Assembly (NCBI GenBank): GCA_963804425.1
Contig: CAWDQF010000001.1
Coordinates: 79,745-143,744 of the forward strand
DNA: 64,000 nt
Source: an uncultured Verrucomicrobiae bacterium
Lineage (GTDB): Bacteria; Verrucomicrobiota; Verrucomicrobiia; Chthoniobacterales; JAFAMB01
Reading direction: 5' to 3'
The translations under genes and the position numbers were made by a program. Position 1 is the stretch's first letter, and the number at the start of each line of letters is the position of its first letter. The notes beneath the pieces are model-generated. The model searched no databases and was not told the DNA's origin. It saw only the letters and a list, made by a program, of their open reading frames with translations. This document shows positions 1-10,139 of this stretch, piece by piece.

Positions 1-1
1 C

Positions 2-535
2 CCGTCGCCGTCACCTTCGCCTTCTCCGTTGAGTTCGCCGTCGCCCACAGCGAGCCCAAAAATCCCGCGTGATTTGATACCCAACCCGAATAGTGTTCCC
101 ATCCCGACACCGCCGCCGTCTGCGCCCGATCTGCTGCCCGAGTCCCACAGCTTACCGGCCACGCCTACGCCTGGTCCTAATCCGGCCGATCTACTTCCCA
201 ATGGTATACCGATCGGAACTCCGACTCCGACCCCGAAACCGTTGATGGAACAGCAGGTAAAGGACACGGTGCGATTTCGCCAGATCTTGACCACCGCCAA
301 ACGCGAACCTACGGCGATCGAGTTGTGGGACAACGCCGCTAAAGCGGACAACTTTGAATACAAGCGCGAATGGCTAAGGCAATACGACACCTACGTCAGC
401 GGGGTGATGCGAAAACTTGAACCCCGGCTGAAAACAACAATTGACGCTTGGGAAAAGTTACAGGTGGCCACCCACTCGCAAGCAAATATTAAAGGGACGA
501 TTCCCTTACGCGACTTGCGATCCTCCAGTCGCTGA
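2..535 (+). CDS. Pro/Ser/Thr-rich hypothetical protein, 5'-truncated by window edge
   Basis: Frame is open from position 2; PSPSP/PTP linker followed by a helical C-terminal domain. Confidence 0.7.
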   Translation, partial: PSPSPSPSPLSSPSPTASPKIPRDLIPNPNSVPIPTPPPSAPDLLPESHSLPATPTPGPNPADLLPNGIPIGTPTPTPKPLMEQQVKDTVRFRQILTTAKREPTAIELWDNAAKADNFEYKREWLRQYDTYVSGVMRKLEPRLKTTIDAWEKLQVATHSQANIKGTIPLRDLRSSSR

Positions 536-763
536 TCCGCAGATTTGAAGCGGTTAGCTCCTGTTCAACTTTCGAACGCCAGCGGCCTCTTCGAGAACCC
601 AAAGCGTAAGTGCAATGAACTGCTGACCAAGATGCCGCTCTGCATCGTCGATCGTCGCCGAAACGGATCATATTTGCCTAACGTAAAGCTGGTAAGAATT
701 TGTGCTTGCGCAAACATCGTACGAGCGGGCAAAGGGAGAGTGGAGAGGCGAGGCCAATAGGAA

Positions 764-1606
764 CTAGCGTAAATATTCCATGATCAGCCGATTAAACTTC
801 TCGGGGTTTTCGATGAACATAAAATGTCCGCCGCCCTCTGCTTCTTCGAATAGTTCGAACTGCGAACCTTTGATTTGACTATGAATCCATTTTTGTGATT
901 TCCACGGTATCACGCTGGCTCGACCGCTGATGATCAGGGTGGGAAGGTTGATCCGCGGGATCAAATCTCGCCAATCCGTATGCCGGTGATTGTATATTAG
1001 GGTCGCAGCAAAGTCCCGGGGCATCCTCAGATTACATTGGACGATCCACTCTCTCATCTCCGACGTTGCCCCCTTCGTCACCATCCGATCGATGATTTGT
1101 CGGGTTACCTGTTCTGCTTCCTTGCTCCGTAAAGCTGCCACAGTGTCGAACACTTGTTGAGCGGTAAAAATAGCGCCCGAATCTTCTAATTCCTGTCGTG
1201 TCCAATGCGGGTCCGACGTGAGAAATGGCGGCTCATCGATTAAAATAATCTTCGACAAGCGTTCCGAGCCGAACAGGTCCATGTAGCACCAGATCACTGA
1301 CGATCCCATCGAATGCCCCAATAGCGCGACATTACTTAGGTCCAGCTCATTTAAGAGCTCGTACAGGTCCTTGGATAACCGCGAAATCTTTAACCCGTAA
1401 GACACTTTCTGTGATTCGCCGTGAGACCGTTGATCGAGAGCGATGACATCATATCGCGCGCTGAGTGGCTGGATCTGATGTTTGAATTCCTCGGCGCACT
1501 GGGACCAGCCGTGGATGAGAACAATCGAACGACCGCTACCCCGCCGTATATAGCTTAACTGGACGCCATCGGACGTGACAAAGGTTCGTCGAGGGAAATT
1601 GCTCAC
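764..1606 (-). CDS. alpha/beta hydrolase (non-heme haloperoxidase-like)
   Basis: HGWSQ, GHSMG nucleophile elbow, C-terminal GH. Confidence 0.9.
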   Translation of the reverse strand: MSNFPRRTFVTSDGVQLSYIRRGSGRSIVLIHGWSQCAEEFKHQIQPLSARYDVIALDQRSHGESQKVSYGLKISRLSKDLYELLNELDLSNVALLGHSMGSSVIWCYMDLFGSERLSKIILIDEPPFLTSDPHWTRQELEDSGAIFTAQQVFDTVAALRSKEAEQVTRQIIDRMVTKGATSEMREWIVQCNLRMPRDFAATLIYNHRHTDWRDLIPRINLPTLIISGRASVIPWKSQKWIHSQIKGSQFELFEEAEGGGHFMFIENPEKFNRLIMEYLR

Positions 1607-1770
1607 GATTCGAGCCTGTTCCTCCCATCCCGCATGTCAATCGAACTTCCAGACATCGCTTGGGTTTTGGCGAAGCGCGTGGAAGTTCGATCGACTCTTG
1701 CGTTCGCTACGGAGGCGAAGAGGGCTGGCGTCCAAATATTCAACACATAAAAACTTTGTGTGGAAGATTC

Positions 1771-1792
1771 GGATCTGACCCCATGACCGATG
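1771..1792 (+). repeat. 22-bp direct repeat, copy 1
   Basis: GGATCTGACCCCATGACCGATG; 21/22 identical to 3761-3782. Confidence 0.7.
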
Positions 1793-2003
1793 TCCAGTTA
1801 TCACCTACTGTCCGGCCTCAAGAGCGGACTTGTTGTGCCGCCGCGGCCTATCGGGAGGCTTTGAGCTCGTCAAGAACGAAGCCGAGCGTGGTTCCTCCAG
1901 CGCCGGTTGGTCGAGGTCTGACGTGCGGCGTCCTGAAAAAAACGAACGCCCTGTCGAATCCAGGCTGCGCGGCATTCCAATCGGCGGGTGTCTCCGGTCT
2001 TTT

Positions 2004-2909
2004 TCAGGTGCCCTGAGCGACGATTCGCAACTGGTCGCGGAGCCAGCGTTGAGCTGGTTCAGCGTTTAGCCGCGGATGCCAGATCATGAAATACTGAAAG
2101 CTCCCGATCTCCGCAGGCGGTTCCGCGGTGCGGACCTCAGTCATTCCATGGATGGCTTTGGCCAGTCGGCGGGGGAGCGTGACCACCAGATCGGTGTGAG
2201 CAACCGCAGCAACCGCCGGTACAAAGAACGGTACGGTGAGTGTAACGCGCCGCTTCAATCCAAGGTCCGCCAGCGGTCGATCCACTGAGGTTTGCTGCCC
2301 CGCCAGAACGGAGATAATCACATGCGGGAGGCCCAAGTACTGTTGCAGATTTAGTCGCCGCGAGCGGAACTTTCGTTCGGCGCTGAACAGGCACACAAAG
2401 TCTTCTTTAAAAAGGGTCTCCACTTCGAGCGGCGGAGGAGCGGCCACTGCACTGAGGGCCACATCGATTCTGCCGGCCTCCAGATCTTCGTAGGCCCGGT
2501 CATGCCAGGCCACGATTTCCAGGGTCATGTTTGGTGCGGCGCCTCGCATCCGTTCCGCTAACCCGGGCAGCAGGACCACGGACGCATTGTCTGTCATGGC
2601 CACCCGAAACCTCTCCTCACTCCGTGCCGGGTCGAAAGGTTCACCTCGGACCAGGGCCTCAAGCCGCGGCAACAAGTTCTCCAGCTCTCCGAGGAGCCGC
2701 TCTCCGCGGACCGTCCTCTCGTATTTACGACCTGTGCGAATCAGGAGCTCGTCACCGAACATTTCCCGAAGTCGTTCCAGCGCCCGACTCATCGCCGGCT
2801 GGCTTAACGAACAGCGCTGCGCGGCCCGGGTGACATGGCGTTCCTCCAACAGCGCGTAAAGCGCGTGCAAGAGGTTCAGATCGACATCCGTTAAATGCAT
2901 GGAACGCAT
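2004..2909 (-). CDS. LysR family transcriptional regulator
   Basis: DLNLL...HVTRAA...SQPAMS HTH plus substrate-binding domain; start could be 2900. Confidence 0.93.
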   Translation of the reverse strand: MRSMHLTDVDLNLLHALYALLEERHVTRAAQRCSLSQPAMSRALERLREMFGDELLIRTGRKYERTVRGERLLGELENLLPRLEALVRGEPFDPARSEERFRVAMTDNASVVLLPGLAERMRGAAPNMTLEIVAWHDRAYEDLEAGRIDVALSAVAAPPPLEVETLFKEDFVCLFSAERKFRSRRLNLQQYLGLPHVIISVLAGQQTSVDRPLADLGLKRRVTLTVPFFVPAVAAVAHTDLVVTLPRRLAKAIHGMTEVRTAEPPAEIGSFQYFMIWHPRLNAEPAQRWLRDQLRIVAQGT

Positions 2910-2931
2910 GAATCATATGCTAACAATTCAT
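2895..2931. promoter_or_regulatory. Putative LysR binding boxes
   Basis: ATGC-N7-GCAT (2895-2909) and ATGC-N7-TCAT (2917-2931) T-N11-A motifs at the divergent LysR/SDR junction. Confidence 0.5.
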
Positions 2932-2988
2932 TATGCGAATAGTAAGTCCGATTGTACGTGGACTCACACAACCATTAAAGGAGGCCAC

Positions 2989-3732
2989 TTGAATACCCAA
3001 CTGCAGAACAGAACAGCCATTGTGACCGGATCTTCGCGCGGGATCGGACGAGCCGTCGCTTTGCGCCTTGCGCGGGACGGTCATGCCGTCGTCGTCAACT
3101 ATGCCGGCAATAAAAAGTCGGCCAACGAAGTAGTGGCCGAGATCGAGTCAGCGGGCGGACGCGCTTTGGCCGTCCAGGGAGACGTGTCCAAGGCCGCGGA
3201 TGTGGTCCACCTCTTCGACGAGACCGAACGCGCCTTTGGCGGAGTCGATGCGTTAATCAACAACGCCGGGATCATGATCACGAAAACGGTCGGGGAAACC
3301 GATGACGATACCTTCGATCGCACTTTTGCCATCAATGTTCGCGGCGTGTTTCTGGCGCTGCGCGAAGCCGCGAAGCGCGTGCGGAGGGGTGGGCGGATTG
3401 TTAATTTCTCGACCAGCGCGACGCGACTCGCGCTGCCCGGCTACGCAACCTACTGCGCGTCCAAATCGGCAGTCGAAGTTTATACGTCCATCTTTTCGAA
3501 GGAACTCCGCGGTCGCGAAATCACGGTCAACGCAGTCGCTCCGGGTCCGGTGGGAACCGAACTGTTTCTCAGTGATAAAACGCCGGAACAGGTCGAGCGC
3601 CTGGCTAAGCTTAATCCGTTCGAGCGACTCGGTGAACCCGAAGACATTGCACGGGTAGTCTCGTTTCTCCTTGGGCCCGACGCTGGGTGGATCAACGGCC
3701 AGGTGATTCGAGCCAACGGTGGGATGGCCTGA
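2989..3732 (+). CDS. SDR family oxidoreductase
   Basis: TGSSRGIG, NNAG, YCASK; TTG start after AAAGGAGG. Confidence 0.93.
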   Translation: MNTQLQNRTAIVTGSSRGIGRAVALRLARDGHAVVVNYAGNKKSANEVVAEIESAGGRALAVQGDVSKAADVVHLFDETERAFGGVDALINNAGIMITKTVGETDDDTFDRTFAINVRGVFLALREAAKRVRRGGRIVNFSTSATRLALPGYATYCASKSAVEVYTSIFSKELRGREITVNAVAPGPVGTELFLSDKTPEQVERLAKLNPFERLGEPEDIARVVSFLLGPDAGWINGQVIRANGGMA

Positions 3733-3760
3733 CGATTTGCCAAAATTCCGTGATGCTGAA

Positions 3761-3782
3761 GGATCTGACCCGATGACCGATG
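3761..3782 (+). repeat. 22-bp direct repeat, copy 2
   Basis: GGATCTGACCCGATGACCGATG. Confidence 0.7.
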
Positions 3783-4018
3783 CTCTAATTTCCAATTTTT
3801 CGATCGCGTCCGATCGCGCATCTCGCGAAACCCGACGATCTCAGGCTGTTCTCGTGTGCTATTCTGCGATTCGCGCAGTCTTAAAAATCGGAAATCCTTC
3901 GGCCTCCGCCTTGGCCGCCACGGCCGCGCAATGCTCGGTCGTATCTGGTTCCGAGTATTGGGCCGGGTTGCAACGCACCAGATCCTTAACCAAAAGAATT
4001 GGCAGCCTGTCCCGCGCA

Positions 4019-4969
4019 CTATTTTTCGGTGGCTGCCCGGCGGCGTCGTCCACTTAGCAAATAGATGGCGGCACGCAGTTCAAGCAGAGGGTCATCCGAA
4101 GGATCGATTCCATCTACGCGTGGGATGGGATCGAAGATGATGTGTTTTTGCTCATGAGCGTTATCCGAGACTGGCTCAGTTAAAGCAACCGTGCCGAGTT
4201 CGCGCAAAGCTCGATCCTCTGGCCAATGGATGGTCGCATCGTCCACGGTATCTTCGTCGTTTGCCAACTGAACCAGAATACGAAACTTGATGGGACCATT
4301 GGCAATTCTTTCTGCGAGTTCATCGAACAGGTAGTTTGTACTCCTGGCAGCGACAGTAGCATCGTCCAGATGGTCGTTGCCATCTTCTGGGACGATCCGG
4401 TAACGTCCATAGCGGCTGACGCCATCCTTGTTGGTGAAGCGCATAGCCGTCACTCCGAAGTACGATTCTCTGGCGAAGCTGGATGGAGCGGGCTTAGGTG
4501 TCTGCACAAATTCGAGTGCCTTGGGATGAGTGCCAAGAAATGCTTCAATCGGAGACGGTGATGGCTTTGACGGATCGCTGGAGGCGAGTGCGCGCAAGAA
4601 CTCCAGAAATTCCGGGCCGGTTCTTGTGGGAAATCCATCAGTCGAATGGCTGACAATGTCGGTGTGAACGTGCTCGGCGAGATGAAACCGCATTGCGAGT
4701 CCGCGCGGATTCGCGTTGGGGTCGTTATCGGGTACCAGCGGTATGCCCGTGGAGTCAGAGAAGCGCACCGTTATCGGTGTAGACTTCCGGTTTATGTGTG
4801 GTGCGCGGGTGAGGGAAGCGGCGTCGGGCGAAGGCGTGAACGTACCTGTAAGCAGAGTGCCTTTGGCATGGGCAGGCCGAAAGCCGGGGTGCAGTCCGAA
4901 GATCGTGTCGAACTGCTGAAGCAGATCCTGACTCAGCGCAATTAGTCTATCGTCCGTTGGTAGTGGCAT
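4019..4969 (-). CDS. Catalase-related peroxidase (SrpA-like)
   Basis: RPAHAKG distal His, VRFS, R-AAIY proximal Tyr; short catalase fold. Confidence 0.9.
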   Translation of the reverse strand: MPLPTDDRLIALSQDLLQQFDTIFGLHPGFRPAHAKGTLLTGTFTPSPDAASLTRAPHINRKSTPITVRFSDSTGIPLVPDNDPNANPRGLAMRFHLAEHVHTDIVSHSTDGFPTRTGPEFLEFLRALASSDPSKPSPSPIEAFLGTHPKALEFVQTPKPAPSSFARESYFGVTAMRFTNKDGVSRYGRYRIVPEDGNDHLDDATVAARSTNYLFDELAERIANGPIKFRILVQLANDEDTVDDATIHWPEDRALRELGTVALTEPVSDNAHEQKHIIFDPIPRVDGIDPSDDPLLELRAAIYLLSGRRRRAATEK

Positions 4970-5280
4970 GATTGATTTTCCTCCTCAGAAACTGATTCAC
5001 TCTCGTTTCACTGTATCCGTCTGTCCAAACACCTAGTCGACGACGTGGCCGGACACACATACGTTAGATCGCATACCGCAGGGCCGGTATCTATCTGAGA
5101 TGTGAGCCCATTTCAATTCTTATATCGAGTGAAGCAAATCGTTTGAATCTGCTTGCCCAATGCGATCGCCCATATTCTGACGAGGAAGCAGACGGATCCT
5201 TCCAATTCTGGAGAAGATCGGCCCGTGCCGTGTGCCAAGTGATAGGTTGAGGCGCAGAAATCGATCGCTTTGTGTAGCTC

Positions 5281-5457
5281 TCAGAAATAGGCGGGATGGA
5301 TCAGCAGCGGTCCGCCACGGTGCGTGCAGGTGTCGCCGATGGCATGGTAAGTTCCCTCCACATTGCAGAGGACTATTTTCTGGCCTTCGATTGTGAACGC
5401 AGCCGCTTGGCCGGGTGGTACATCCTTGGTCTTAGCTATCTTGAGAAGTTTCGCCGT
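5281..5457 (-). pseudogene. Truncated Rieske [2Fe-2S] ferredoxin
   Basis: Hand translation TAKLLKIAKTKDVPPGQAAAFTIEGQKIVLCNVEGTYHAIGDTCTHRGGPL...*; start codon is ACG and the second CPxH ligand box is missing. Confidence 0.8.
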
Positions 5458-5639
5458 AATGCTTAAGTCGGGTTGATGGTTGCTGATCGAGCCGAAACCT
5501 CTGGATCCTGGTAGGCGTTACTCATGATGATGCGCGCCGCAAGCCCAGTTGGCCCGGCGCATCGCGCGGGTGCTTCTGGTTCGCCCGTTCGCTGCGTTGG
5601 TTTGCCAGGCAGTTCATTGGTCATTTGGTTCGATCACAC

Positions 5640-5876
5640 TCAGCCTTCGCCATCGTTACCGATGGCTTCGACCGGACATCCTTCCATGGCTTCCTTGCAA
5701 AGCGCCTCCTCCTCCGGGGTGGTCGGTTGCTTAAAAACATAGGAGTAGCCGCCGTCGTCGCTGCGCCTGAAATTAGCGGGTGCGGTTTCCCGGCACAGGT
5801 CGCAGTCAATGCACTGGTCATCGACGTAAAACTTTCCGGACACGTTTTCCGCGTATTTATTCGCAATGTCGGCCAT
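5640..5876 (-). CDS. Single-cluster ferredoxin
   Basis: CIDCDLC...CPVEAI. Confidence 0.93.
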   Translation of the reverse strand: MADIANKYAENVSGKFYVDDQCIDCDLCRETAPANFRRSDDGGYSYVFKQPTTPEEEALCKEAMEGCPVEAIGNDGEG

Positions 5877-6218
5877 AGATTCTCTTTCGTTTCATGCAGA
5901 CGGAAATTCGATTAGAGCGCGTTTCGTGACACCGGGCTGTTCTCGACCCGTGGACTAAAGCTGCACTAATTCAGCCAAGGCCGCTCATGCCTGCGGCCTC
6001 ACTCCGCAGGGAAACTAATCGACAAGCGTGCCTTATTACCCTTCCGTCGAACGACCCATTGTAAGGCGTTTTGACACGCGAGGCAAAACCAGGGAGGGCT
6101 TCAGGGGTGGAAAGCTCGCCGCCTGGATTTGTATATCACATCTCAGGCTAGCCGATGTGCTGAGCGATAGCCTGCAGCCGATGGCAAAGACAATGGTGAA
6201 ACTGGCTCTATCGCACTT

Positions 6219-6914
6219 TCAGTTATTATCGTCGGTCAGCGCAATACCACCGGAAAACGGCGTGAAGCAATTGAATGTGGTATTAAACCGGTATTTGTCG
6301 TTGATAGATAGAGCAAAACCGAAATCGCAATTGCTAACCATGTTCTCGAGGAAATAATTATTGCTGTCCGAAAAAACGCCGGCGTCGAATCCGGAGATGA
6401 CATTCCCGCTGACCAGGTTGCCGCCACCGCCGAAGATATGGACTCCAAAACCAGAGCCTCCGATTAATGGAAAGGTGATCTGATTATTTCGCACGACAGA
6501 TCCCGCGACTGTGGAGAAAACGACGCCATTGACAACATTGGTCAGCCTCAGGTTTTGCACCATATTGCCCGAGTTGAGCGCGGTTGTTCCAGTACGGTCG
6601 AAATAGACTCCGTAATGGAAAACGGCGATGATGCCGTTCTGGATAATGACGTTCCCGGCATTGTGCACGTAGACCCCGACGTTCGATGTCGGGGTGCCAG
6701 GGAAGTAGAGATAATGACCTCCCAGATCCAGGGTCACATTACTGCTGACGATGGTGATGGCTGCGCCGGCAGCCGATGAGTAAGTGAGGTTTGAGCCCAG
6801 AACATAGATGCCGGGAGCAGAGATGGTGTAGGGCACCGAGTTAATGATGGTCTGACCGAACGAGTCGGCAGCGAAGGATGCGATGGCCAATAAGGCGAAG
6901 AATAGAGATTTCAT
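6219..6914 (-). CDS. Secreted right-handed beta-helix repeat protein
   Basis: Signal peptide; SNVTLDLGGH and repeated V.nN.I Asn-ladder motifs. Confidence 0.8.
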   Translation of the reverse strand: MKSLFFALLAIASFAADSFGQTIINSVPYTISAPGIYVLGSNLTYSSAAGAAITIVSSNVTLDLGGHYLYFPGTPTSNVGVYVHNAGNVIIQNGIIAVFHYGVYFDRTGTTALNSGNMVQNLRLTNVVNGVVFSTVAGSVVRNNQITFPLIGGSGFGVHIFGGGGNLVSGNVISGFDAGVFSDSNNYFLENMVSNCDFGFALSINDKYRFNTTFNCFTPFSGGIALTDDNN

Positions 6915-6992
6915 CTGAGGGTTTATTTTCAATTAAATTCCCTCCATGGCGGGAAGATCCACTGGAAGGCTACGCTGTCGTAGGCCGGGAAA

Positions 6993-7160
6993 CTAGGCGG
7001 CGATTCCGGGCCAAGTCACATCAATTTGGTAGATGTCGACATCAGCGCTCTGTGCGGCCCAATACTGGGAGAACAAGGTTAGTACCTCGTTAGCCGATGG
7101 TGGAAGATCCAGATATTCGATTTCATTACCAGTTTTTGCCGCCCAATCTTCGGCGCGAGA
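6993..7160 (-). pseudogene. Fragment of sugar ABC substrate-binding protein (trehalose/maltose type)
   Basis: WAAKTGNEIEY...DVDIYQIDVTWPG resembles the N-lobe of such proteins; about 55 aa only. Confidence 0.6.
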
Positions 7161-7226
7161 CGGTTCGGCAGGCACTCGAAGGAGTGTCCGGAGCCGTTGC
7201 AAGATCGGCTCTGAGAAGCCTAAGTC

Positions 7227-7562
7227 TCACCGGCGCGAATTTTGGGTAGCGTAGGTAGCGAGGATGGCGGCGAGCATGTCGCCGAAACGTCCCTTGAGTT
7301 CCGCACAGCGGGTGGTGTTGTGCATTTGGACACCCTTGCGCTCGCTGCGGATAAGGCCGGCTTCGCGGAGGATTTTGAAATGCTGGGAGAGGGTCGACTT
7401 GGGCAATGTGCGGTTGTCGAGTTTGCGAAAGTTCGAGCAAGTGCAAGGCCATTCCGAGGTGGCCATTTCCGCGAAGATTTGGGCGCGCACGGGATCGGAC
7501 AGGGCATAGAGGAGGCCCTCCACGGTAATGTCGCGGAGAGCGGGATGGTAGAGCGGCCTCAC
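7227..7562 (-). CDS. ArsR/SmtB family regulator
   Basis: ALSDPVR...KSTLSQHFKILREAGLI; GTG start. Confidence 0.9.
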   Translation of the reverse strand: MRPLYHPALRDITVEGLLYALSDPVRAQIFAEMATSEWPCTCSNFRKLDNRTLPKSTLSQHFKILREAGLIRSERKGVQMHNTTRCAELKGRFGDMLAAILATYATQNSRR

Positions 7563-7582
7563 ATAGTCTTTATAACACGCGC

Positions 7583-7619
7583 TTGACAATTAGTCCATTA
7601 GTTCGTAAGTACCGAACTA
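7583..7619 (+). promoter_or_regulatory. -35 TTGACA and palindromic operator
   Basis: TAGTTCG-N7-CGAACTA at 7599-7619 between divergent ArsR and SDR genes. Confidence 0.6.
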
Positions 7620-7635
7620 CTGATCTAATTGTCTC

Positions 7636-8373
7636 ATGAATAACAAAACCATTCTCATTACTGGCGGAACTACCGGAATCGGCCTGGCCACAGCCCAACT
7701 CCTCAGCGCCGAGGGCGCGAAGATCATCGTCACCGGGCGCAATCCCGAAACTCTTGCTTCCGCTAGGAAGGTTCTCACCGACGTGGTCGTGCTCCCCTCG
7801 GACGCCGGTGACCTGGCCGCCGCGCAGGCGCTGGGTGAAGATGTCAAAAAATATGTGGATCATCTCGACGGAGTTTTCCTGAATGCGGGTGTCGCGACCT
7901 TCGTACCAATTGACGCGGCAACGCCCAAGAACTATGACGACATGTTCAATGTGAACGTGCGAGGTCTCTACTTCCAGCTTCAATCGCTGCTGTCGCTGCT
8001 GGGCAATCCGAGCTCCGTTGTATTCACCTCCTCCATCGCAGGTTCTATCGCCTTGGCCGGGGCGTCGATCTATTCGGCGACGAAGGCTGCGGTCATCTCC
8101 CTTGGCAAGACCCTAGCGGTCGAGTTAGCCGAGCGAGGCGTGCGGGTGAATGTGCTGAGCCCGGGACCGATTGACACGCCGATTCTAAAGAAAGTCGGCC
8201 TTCCCCCTGACCAGCAGAAAGGGTTTGAGGAAACGATTGTCGCCAAGTCGCTCTTGAAGCGGTTCGGCACATCCGAAGAAGTGGCCCGGGCAGCAAGATT
8301 CCTACTCTCCGAGGATTCGAGCAACATTACCGGCACGGAGCTGATCATCGACGGCGGCGTTCGATTGAACTGA
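7636..8373 (+). CDS. SDR family oxidoreductase
   Basis: TGGTTGIG, LNAG, YSATK. Confidence 0.93.
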   Translation: MNNKTILITGGTTGIGLATAQLLSAEGAKIIVTGRNPETLASARKVLTDVVVLPSDAGDLAAAQALGEDVKKYVDHLDGVFLNAGVATFVPIDAATPKNYDDMFNVNVRGLYFQLQSLLSLLGNPSSVVFTSSIAGSIALAGASIYSATKAAVISLGKTLAVELAERGVRVNVLSPGPIDTPILKKVGLPPDQQKGFEETIVAKSLLKRFGTSEEVARAARFLLSEDSSNITGTELIIDGGVRLN

Positions 8374-8438
8374 GCCTAGCCGAACTATCTCTTCCTTCCC
8401 AATTCAATGGTATCGGCTGCACCAAAGACAAGAACGGT

Positions 8439-8630
8439 TTGCCTCTCGAATCTATTCGAGTCCCAGTGCTTCAACCATCGGCCAATCAAGTGTTGATCCA
8501 TGTTGATAGCTCGTCACTCAAACCTTTGGAGTATAAACTGGCCCTACTCAACTTCTTCGGTCGAACGCCGCCTGTCATTCCGGGATTTGACCTGTTGGGA
8601 ATTGTAGCGGCGACTGGTGCCCTTTGCTGA
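8439..8630 (+). pseudogene. N-terminal fragment of MDR/quinone oxidoreductase
   Basis: QVLIHV...PLEYK...PVIPGFDLLGIV GroES-like domain, then stop. Confidence 0.6.
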
Positions 8631-8705
8631 TCATGATCGCGGGCACCAGGGCCGACCCGGGGCTGCCGCCTTATGCCGTAGTTTTCCTCAACGCCGGCTG
8701 GAGCC

Positions 8706-9089
8706 TTACAGGTACTGTCCAATGCAAAGAATATAGCCGTCCAAATCTTGTACTTCGAAATCACGAAGGCCATAAGGTGCATCTTCCATTTCACGATGGG
8801 TTTTAGCCCCACGTCGTTTCAAATCTTCATAAACCGCCGTGACGTTCGACACACAAATGTATGCATCCCAGCCCAGATCTTCGTGCACCTTATGGTTGGG
8901 AAAGGAGGAATCGATTCCCGGCAAGCTTTTTAGAAAGATGGCGGAGCCCAACCCCTGCACGATAACAAAATCGGGCCGCTCACCCCAGTAGCCGTCAAAG
9001 ACAAACCCCAGTTGATCGCGGTAGTACTCCGAGGCTTTCACTACATCGCGGACGATAAAATTTGGAGCGATGTTAAATTGTTCGTTCAT
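8706..9089 (-). CDS. VOC/glyoxalase family protein
   Basis: YYRDQLGF...PYGLRDFEVQDLDG. Confidence 0.88.
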   Translation of the reverse strand: MNEQFNIAPNFIVRDVVKASEYYRDQLGFVFDGYWGERPDFVIVQGLGSAIFLKSLPGIDSSFPNHKVHEDLGWDAYICVSNVTAVYEDLKRRGAKTHREMEDAPYGLRDFEVQDLDGYILCIGQYL

Positions 9090-9095
9090 AGAATT

Positions 9096-9710
9096 CTATT
9101 TTTTTACTTTTGCAGAGCTCGTTGCCAATCCGCCCTCGCGAAGAAGCGCAGCTGCCGCGGCCTTCGCCTTCGGTGCAATTTGCCCGTCGCGATAAATTAA
9201 GGAACGAACCAAGGCGCCGTCTACGAGGAGCATCAACTGGCCCGTAAGCAGTCCAACTTTCCGTGCCTTCGCTTCCTCCAGCTTTTCCGAAAACCAGCCG
9301 GCCACCGCATCCTTGTGCAGCCTTACGGCGTCCGCAACCAAGTCGGGATCGTCGCTCATTTCGGAAATCGCGTTAAGATAGGGACAGCCCCGATAATCGG
9401 GCGCGGCAAACCATCCGCCTAGAACATCAAAAACGCCGAGGATTTGGTCAATCGGGCTCGGGCCAAACGTCTGCGCCTGCTCGTTGAACCAATGTCGCGT
9501 TTTTTCATCGCGGGTCTCAAGGTACGCTTTCACCAATTCACGTTTGGTTGGAAAGTGATAATAAAGTGTGCGCTTGGTGACCCCGGCTTGCTTGGCCAAA
9601 AGGTCGATGGCCACCCCTCGAATGCCATGTCGATAAAAGAGACGGTCAGCCACCTCGAGAATAGCTAACCGGGCTTCTCCACGTTGGGGGCGGCGAATTT
9701 TACTTGGCAT
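9096..9710 (-). CDS. TetR family regulator
   Basis: AGVTKRTLYYHFPTK HTH; RGCP C-domain. Confidence 0.92.
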   Translation of the reverse strand: MPSKIRRPQRGEARLAILEVADRLFYRHGIRGVAIDLLAKQAGVTKRTLYYHFPTKRELVKAYLETRDEKTRHWFNEQAQTFGPSPIDQILGVFDVLGGWFAAPDYRGCPYLNAISEMSDDPDLVADAVRLHKDAVAGWFSEKLEEAKARKVGLLTGQLMLLVDGALVRSLIYRDGQIAPKAKAAAAALLREGGLATSSAKVKK

Positions 9711-10139
9711 TGAATCAACCTCGGCTCAAGCGTAATTGGGAGACTTCGTGTCACGACTGGCGGCCTCACCGATCTCCCCGTCAAAGATTTTTACCGTAAG
9801 ACTTGCCCCCAAATAGGCCGATGGTTGAGCGTAAAGACCGGTGGCAAAGGCTCCGGCATTTTGCTCTGAGTCGAGCTCGTAAAATTCTTTCACGGTGTTT
9901 GTATTCAGGCCAATCCGCCACGTCTTCGCAGAAGTCCCTTTGACTTGCTTGGGTTAGAAAATTTCGATCCGTGCTATGTATACCGAACGGACGATATACA
10001 TGCAATTGATTTTTGTGAATCCTGAGCAGTTTCTGCTCTTTCAGTGAAGGATCTCGTCGATCGGGTCCTAGGGCTGCGATCAAAGGCAAGAAAGCATAGG
10101 AGACACGTCTTAAAAAGAGACGTTCCTATGTCCTGCCTT

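Noticed and set aside
9781-10089. RAYT transposase remnant (CEDVADWP)
   Set aside because: Similarity is too short and no HUH motif is seen.
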